DNA of 18,037 nt from Candidatus Muiribacteriota bacterium (lineage in GTDB: Bacteria > Muiribacteriota > Muiribacteriia > Muiribacteriales > Muiribacteriaceae), in assembly GCA_051747805.1 (NCBI GenBank), contig JBNJGP010000039.1, forward strand, positions 8,201 to 26,237, written 5' to 3'. The notes beneath the pieces were generated by a model. The model was not told the DNA's origin. It made no database searches and was given only the letters and a program-made list of their open reading frames with translations. Shown here piece by piece: positions 8,194 through 15,600 of the stretch. Within the stretch, counting starts at the first letter, position 1. Each line of letters starts with the position of its first letter. A program made the translations under genes and the position numbers.

Positions 8194-9525
8194 ATGAAAA
8201 AACTTCTAATAATGATATTAATAACTATCTCAATACCTGTTTTGTCTTCTGTAAAAGTCGTAGAAGAAAAAGGCACAGTACAAATAAACAGAAGACGTTC
8301 TAACAAATGGATTAATGCCTCGGCAGGCGATAAAATAAATATAGGGGATAGAATACGGACACTAGCCAAAGCAAATGTTACTTTACGCCTTAGAGATGAT
8401 TCCATTTTAAGGCTGGACTCAGAAACTCTTATTTATAGAACAGCAAGAGATAATTACAATATAAATGGTCTTGCAACATTAAAAGCAACCAACTTAAGAA
8501 CATCAACAAAATTTAATTTTTTAGAAAGTCATTTTGAGTTTGAAGACGGTGAGTTCACCATAACAGCCTCTTCAAATATGATATGGGCTGTTTCCCATGG
8601 TGGCGAGTTCTGGGCAGAGGGACCCGATGGAAGAACTCGTGTTTTATCAGATTATCAGACAATTATCACCTATGAAAAAGGACCAATAGAACCTGAACCA
8701 TCGTCGGCTCAAAAAACATCAGTATTATCCAAGGCTGATTTGAAACCGCCCGAAAGATTAGTTGAAAGACGAAGAGAACAGATTGAAAAATCTCGCTCTT
8801 TTTTTATGAGATTTAAAAATTTTAAAATCTGTAATATTGACGTAGAAGAAAAACAGGTTCTATACATTAACCGTGATGATTTAATCAGAAATAAAATGAT
8901 TATCACTGGTGAAATAGACGATACCCAGGCCCAGGACATTGAAACCATAAGGATTTCCCTTGATGGGGGTGAAACCTATAATGAAGCTGAGGGCGTTTCT
9001 CCCTTCCGGTATGAGCATACACCCCAACCCCGTGATAAATATGTTTTAAGAGTTGTAGGCCGGGATGCAAGCGGTGGAGTTTCCGGGCAGAATTTTATAA
9101 ATGTTGAAATTAATTTTATTAATGAAACAGACCAGCAGCAGATAAAAAGATATATGTCTGATTTTGTTAACTTTATCGAACGTGAACAGTACGGCGGCGT
9201 TATGTCATACTTTAACGAAAGTGATTATTTAGGCGATCTCGGAGGATTTACCCAGAATATCATAGATTATTTTTATTATTATGATTATTTTTATATTAGA
9301 TATGATATTAGAAGTATTTTACCTTTTGGACGTGGAATTGAAGTAGCCGTGGACTGGGAAACTGATGTAACTGTTACAGATAGTGGCAAAACAAAGAAAG
9401 AGGAAGGTTTTACTCTTTTTCAGTTTGAAAAAAATGATGAAAACAGATGGCGGATAAGAGATATTCTTGAAGGAACTCTTTTTGGAATACCAGTAATGCC
9501 GGGAGCTAGCATAAAACCAGACTAA
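8194..9525 (+). CDS. Secreted FecR-like domain protein with a central Ig-like domain and a C-terminal NTF2-like domain, 443 aa
   Basis: GGAGG at 8185-8189 supports ATG 8194. Signal peptide; FecR-type GTVQI...W..A..GDKINIGDRIRT...NVTLRLRDDSILRLDSET; Ig-like IITGEIDD...IETIRISLDGGETYNEAEG...YVLRVVGRDASG; NTF2-like DQQQIKRYMSDFVNFIE...FQFEKNDENRWRIRDI. Confidence 0.7.
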   Translation: MKKLLIMILITISIPVLSSVKVVEEKGTVQINRRRSNKWINASAGDKINIGDRIRTLAKANVTLRLRDDSILRLDSETLIYRTARDNYNINGLATLKATNLRTSTKFNFLESHFEFEDGEFTITASSNMIWAVSHGGEFWAEGPDGRTRVLSDYQTIITYEKGPIEPEPSSAQKTSVLSKADLKPPERLVERRREQIEKSRSFFMRFKNFKICNIDVEEKQVLYINRDDLIRNKMIITGEIDDTQAQDIETIRISLDGGETYNEAEGVSPFRYEHTPQPRDKYVLRVVGRDASGGVSGQNFINVEINFINETDQQQIKRYMSDFVNFIEREQYGGVMSYFNESDYLGDLGGFTQNIIDYFYYYDYFYIRYDIRSILPFGRGIEVAVDWETDVTVTDSGKTKKEEGFTLFQFEKNDENRWRIRDILEGTLFGIPVMPGASIKPD

Positions 9526-9611
9526 CAAATTTTTTTATAATCATCTTTGAAACAATAAGTAAAAATATTAAGTATTAATACGTGGTTTTTGTGATTAAAG
9601 CGGGGGTTTCA

Positions 9612-12600
9612 ATGAATAAAAAAGGGTTTACAATCGCTGAAATAGTAATAACCATGGTGCTATTAACTATAGTAATAGGTCCGCTGATGACCGCTTTTAT
9701 GGTTAGTCTTCGCAGTACAGAAAGTGTTGAAGAGGATTTTAACATGGACGTGCTTGCAGAAGAGCTTATGCAGGAAATAATGAACAAGCATTATGAAGAC
9801 CCAGTTTATTATGGAAACATTGGTCTTGAGGCGGGCGAAACAGACAGGGCAGATTTTAATGATGTTGATGATTATTTAGGATATAAAGAAGATTTTGGTG
9901 AAATTCAGGATGCCTACGGCAATATATTAACCCAATATGAAGAATACAGCAGAAAAGTAGATATATTCAATGAGCATGGAGACCCTTTAAAGTCTGAGGA
10001 CGGCCTGGAGTTTATTGAAGAAAACCTGACACTTTTCCCGCAGAATGTTTCCAGATTAAAAATTTCCCGTGATGGTAATAGGCTTTTTGGCATAGATGCG
10101 GGTAATGAAAGATTATTTGTAGGCAACCCATTTTCAAATGAAATAGAGGCAGAGTATAATCTTGAGGAAAATCCCCGGGATTTAGAAATAGCCCCTGACT
10201 CACGACAGCTTTATTTAGCCTATAATGATAAAATCGAAGTATATACCTATGAAAAGGGAGAATTTTCTTTTTCAAATGTATTTGGCGGAATGGATTTTGG
10301 CCAGATAAGTGGCGTGGAAGTAATAGAAGGACAGGTATCACTTTTTTCAGATAAGGGTATATTTATTAACGAAGAAGAGGTCGGGAATTTTGATAATGTA
10401 CATTTTCTTGAATCCTCTCATGGTAAAACATTTATAGGGCATGGTAGCTCAATAGCAATTGTAGAAAACACAGATTTTTCAAATACAATAACCAACAGGT
10501 CTATTGGAACAGAGGATACAATAAATATAACATCATCGTTTTATGATATTTTCAACAATATTGTATATTTTACAGTTGAAGGCGAAAATATAAGATATTA
10601 TGATTTTAACGAAGAAAGCTGGGGATTTTCAGGTGGCGAAAATAATCAATACATAAATGCTCTTGTTTATTCATATCCCGAGGGTGAATTTTACGCAGGC
10701 GGGGAAAACGCAGATTCCGCCGGTATAATGCGAAGCAGAAACGGTCGAATCAATTTTGGTAATGCCACGAATCTCGACCCTTCGGCTGCACTGATGGATT
10801 TATTTTTAGATGAGAAACACTCCAGAGTAATTATGCTTGAAAAAGAATCCCTTCACTCTAAAGACTTTAACACCAGCAATTTACAGAATGACGTATGGAC
10901 AACCCCGGAAGATATATCAAATCTGAAATTAATTGTAGATTATGAGGATATATTTATATTAACAGATGGCGGAATATATAAACTGGATAGAGAAGACTAC
11001 ACACAAGAGGGGTTTTTCCCGCGTGAGGGAATAAAAGATTTTACAGTAGATAACAGCCGGATATACTTTACAGATGGAGTGGTTGTGCGCTCGGTTAACA
11101 GGGAACTTTCAGATGAAACCGGGTTTAATATTTTTTCAAATATTGAAGAAATACAAATAGCAAAAGACGGAAAAACTCTATACATGTCTGCGCCAACAAC
11201 AAATAGAATATATTTTCTGGATACTTTTAATGGTGATGTTGGAGAGGTAGAAAAAGAATTAGAAGTATTTGACCAGTCCTCAAGCGGAAACACATTAATT
11301 TCCTATGGAAACTCTCAAATGACAAGGTCAAGAAATAATATTAAAGAAACCTTGAGCTCAAACAACTCATACGAAATGCTTGTAAATATTGATAAAGAAG
11401 ATATGATATACGGCATAAGAAGTGATGGAGCAATTGATGTATATGAATATCAGGATGGTTTTGGAGATGATTTTTCCTTTATATCCGGATATAATTTAAC
11501 AAGTTTTGGTATGGATAAGGGATTTAACTTCTATGGAACCGGGAGTGAGCTTGTATTAGATACTGGTTCAGTAATAGATGATTCAGATGATACTAATACA
11601 GGAACAGTAATATTATATAAAACATTTGTTTTTCCAATTCCAAAATATCTTCGTGAGATGCAGGTAGATTTAGAATATTCGTTTACAGGAAATGATTTAG
11701 AGATATTTGTACTGCCGTTTGCTGCAGAGCAGGAATATTTTGATAAACATGAGGATTCGCTCGCAGAGGCAGCGTTTACAGCAAGTATAGGAGAGTCCAG
11801 TACAATAAATAATTTTAATCGTGATATAACAAATCTGCCTCCAACAAATATGCTGACAGTTGGGTTTAAGTTTACAGATACAGATAATTCCTCTAAAGCA
11901 GAGTTTGTAATGGATAACCTGGAAATAAACTTTAATCCAAAAGAAGATTTCAAATATATAAAGACAATAGACACACCTGTAAATAATCCAACAAAAGCAG
12001 CATTATCCTGGGATAACAGATTTTTATATATAGCAAGTTATAATAACTTTTATACATATGATATAGAAAACGAGCGTTTTGTAGAAAGAAAAGCATTAAA
12101 AATTCCTAATAATGCAAATATACAGGATTTAGAGGTGAGCACGGACAATAATACAATATTCGCGGCAACAGACAAAGGATTATATTCAATAACAGAGCCG
12201 CTTAAAAAAAAGATAGTAAAATTAACTGTTGAAAAAGACAAAAGAAATGTACCGCCGACAGTTATTTATGCAACCGCGTCAAACTGGGAGACAAGACACG
12301 GCACAAACGTTATTCCTCATATTGTAAATAGAGAAATTATATATACAGATGATATTTTTGATAATAAAATTAATGAAAACACAATATGGTATCCAGATAA
12401 ACAGTATGTTGTAAATGGAAATTTGCAAATAACAAACGGTGCCTCACTTGTAATAATGCCGGGCACAAATGTAAAATTCACATCTAACTCAAAAATTAAC
12501 GTAACAGCTTCTGCCACATTAACAGCAATAAACAGTTTGATTACCAGCTCAAATGATCATTCAAGCGGAGCGTATTTAAGCGGAGAAACGGATGAGCTGG

Positions 12601-15600
12601 AGACAGGATTTTATAGGGGAATATATATAGAGCCAGATGCAAACATTATAATAAATGGGACACAGATAAATTATGCATTGACAGGTATAGATAAAGAGGG
12701 AAGCTCAATAACGGAAATTGAAAATACATCTTTTATAAATAATACTGTGGGGGTTAATTTAAGTCAGACAGGGGCGGCAATAGAAATAAAAGCATGTTAT
12801 TTTGAAGAAAATGAGTTTGATATTATGCAGAGCAATTCGCCGTTTCCATTAACATTAACAAACAATTATTTTATAAACGCTGAAAATAGAAGTGTAGATA
12901 TAAAGACAAGTAATGGAGTATTACTGAATACAAATCATTTTTATGGTGGTGATACATCTGGGGACGCTTTTTTTAATAATTCCGGGTTCACAGAAGCCCA
13001 TAATAATTTATTCAGTGGTTATAACGGTGTTATAGAGTTATCAAATACAGAGGGGCAGATAGAAAATAACACTTTCATAAACGGTAAAAATCTAGTAAAG
13101 ATAAGAAGCAATGAAGAAAATAGAAAATTTTTCTTTATGAATAATAAATTTATAAACTCTCAGAGTCTGTTTAATTTTAATACACAGGGAACGCTTACAC
13201 CCGATAATTTCAGGGCATTTATGAACTATTTTATTAACTCTTCCGGGGAAATTAACAACCCAGAAGGATTTAACCTTGACTTCCGTGGGAATTACTGGGG
13301 AAACGAGGTGCCTGACGAGGAAGCGCTTATACAGAAAATACCTTTTGTATTTTACGGTGATTTAGAAAAAAATGTAACAATAGATAATAAAGATTTCTTT
13401 ATAAGACACTTTTTAAGGGTGCAGCCGGGTAACAGAATTAACTTACAGAATTTAGAGCTTAATTTCTTTTCCGAATATATACTTCCTTATATTGATATTA
13501 TGCGTCTGAACGCTTTCAGAGGCAAATTAAATATGGATAATGTTAAAATAAAACAGGAAGAAAATGACTTAATAGAAGAACTTTTTGAAAATACAAATCT
13601 TACATTCACCTCACTCTGGAATGGCATAAATGTGTTTGGGGAAATTAACGCCGTTGAAAGTTATTTCAGCAATGGAATAAATTATATAAAATTGTTTAAT
13701 GGTAGTAATTATGGCTCAAAGGTAGAAGAACTTGTTTTTAATGAATTTAACTTAAACACAAACGATTCCAGGTACGGAATACTTTTTACGTTAGCTAACT
13801 CAGGGATTACAGATTATAAATATGAAATTGAAAAACTGTTTTTTAATAAATTTTTAATAAATGACCTTGATAATAAAAAAGGAATTTTTTTCGATAATGG
13901 AATATCTATTCCCGAAGAAGATGATAAAATAAGCATGAAGTATAATTATCTGGGAACAAATAATCCACCCTTAAACGGTGTATACTCGCAGATAAACACA
14001 CAAATGGCCAGTATATTTCCATGGTCGCTTTATAAAACAGTTGAAAGTGATATATATATTGAAGAAGAAGATGATTTTGAAAATACACCGCTTGCAGTAC
14101 TGGGTGATATTGATCTTAGAGCCACAATAAACTTCAATCTTGAGGATGATAAAGAGCCGGGAATATTATTTGCAACAGATTCAGGAATAACCTCAGATGG
14201 TGGGGGTATTTACACAAATGACAACCCTGTTTTAATTTCACATATAAAAGAATTAAACTCTCCGTATGATGATTACAGGGATTTTGATTACTGGGGTGGG
14301 AGCGACTCAGATATGCCGGGTGAAATAGTCGGCCTGCAGCTTCAGAATCAAAGTTCATATAACCTGCATATAAAATATGCTAAAACACGAATAGAAACAG
14401 TTTTAGAGGGGGTTTCGCTTGAGGATAATATTCAACTTGAGTTTGAAAACTCTAGAGTTGCAAACCTTGAAAGCGCATCATCGGGAATAATTAGTGATGG
14501 CATTAAAAAGGAAATTAATATAAATAATACCCATTATGCTGTTTTGGACGGGGAGTATTTTAATTTCAGAAATTTAACAAATAATGCTCTTTTAATTTTT
14601 GATAAATCAGACTTTGGCCAGTACACAAACGACTTCTTTGAAAATGGGCTGAAACAGGAACCCTTAAATTATGAGGCAGAATTTTCAATATCTTATGGTG
14701 AAGTTGAAAATAATACTTTTTCAGGGGATATTGAAATTAAAAATTCAAATTTTTATAACTTCCCCGGCATAAAAACAAGAGAGACCGGTGGGGAAATACT
14801 GATTGAGGAAAGTAGATTTTTAAACTCTGCAAATATAATAACGGCTGAAAAAGTATCCCACAGTGTAAATATAAAAAACTCTGTATTCGGGGACGAAACC
14901 GAGCCTGAATATACTCAAAGAAGTATTGCAGATATAAAATACAGTCAACTATCCCAGCCTATAGTCTTTGATTTTATTGGGAATAAATTATATATAGATA
15001 ATAATATATCAGATTATAGTGATTATATAAAACTTGAAAGCCGTGACCAAAAAAATGGATTTGATATTGGAGTTAAGGCCGGTGAAAATCTTTTTGTAAC
15101 AGGAAACACCAACCTGAACTCATATTTTAACTTTGGAAGTTCGGGAACAGAATCGACATTTTTTGATACAGTGATGTTTTATAATAATATGTTTTTAAAT
15201 TCAGGTTCTGCAAGTACAAAAGTGGCATATTTAAGTGGAATAAAAAATTTTAATTTTGATTTTAATCATGTAGAGAATACATCACCATTTCAATTTGTAT
15301 TAAACAGCTTAAATAATATAAACATAACAAATAACAATCTAAATGATTATTTTTCTGATGAGCTATATCAAAACTACAGTGCATATGGTAACTATTACAA
15401 TAGTTCAGATTCTTCAGATCCGCTGGCCTTAAGCTATAATGTAGATATAACAAAGCGTCCCTCGTTTGTGGTTAAGGAATATGAGGCAGAAGAAGTTTAT
15501 AATTTAAACAGAATAGTGTCAGAAAATTATATTTCAATAGACAAGCAGGTTAAAATTGAAATGTCGCGCTACAGCGGGGATTTAGATGTAGATTTCGGTG

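Noticed and set aside
9526..9611. Dedicated sigma70 or sigma54 promoter for the giant pilin gene
   Set aside because: TTGAAA at 9547-9552 has no -10 box at 16-18 nt spacing, and no GG-N10-GC sigma54 motif is convincing.
12204..12212. A8 run / A-AAA-AAG slippery heptamer at the propeller-pilin junction (frameshifting or phase variation)
   Set aside because: A7-A8 runs are common in this AT-rich window, no stimulatory SD or hairpin is evident, and a -1 shift would stop within a few codons.
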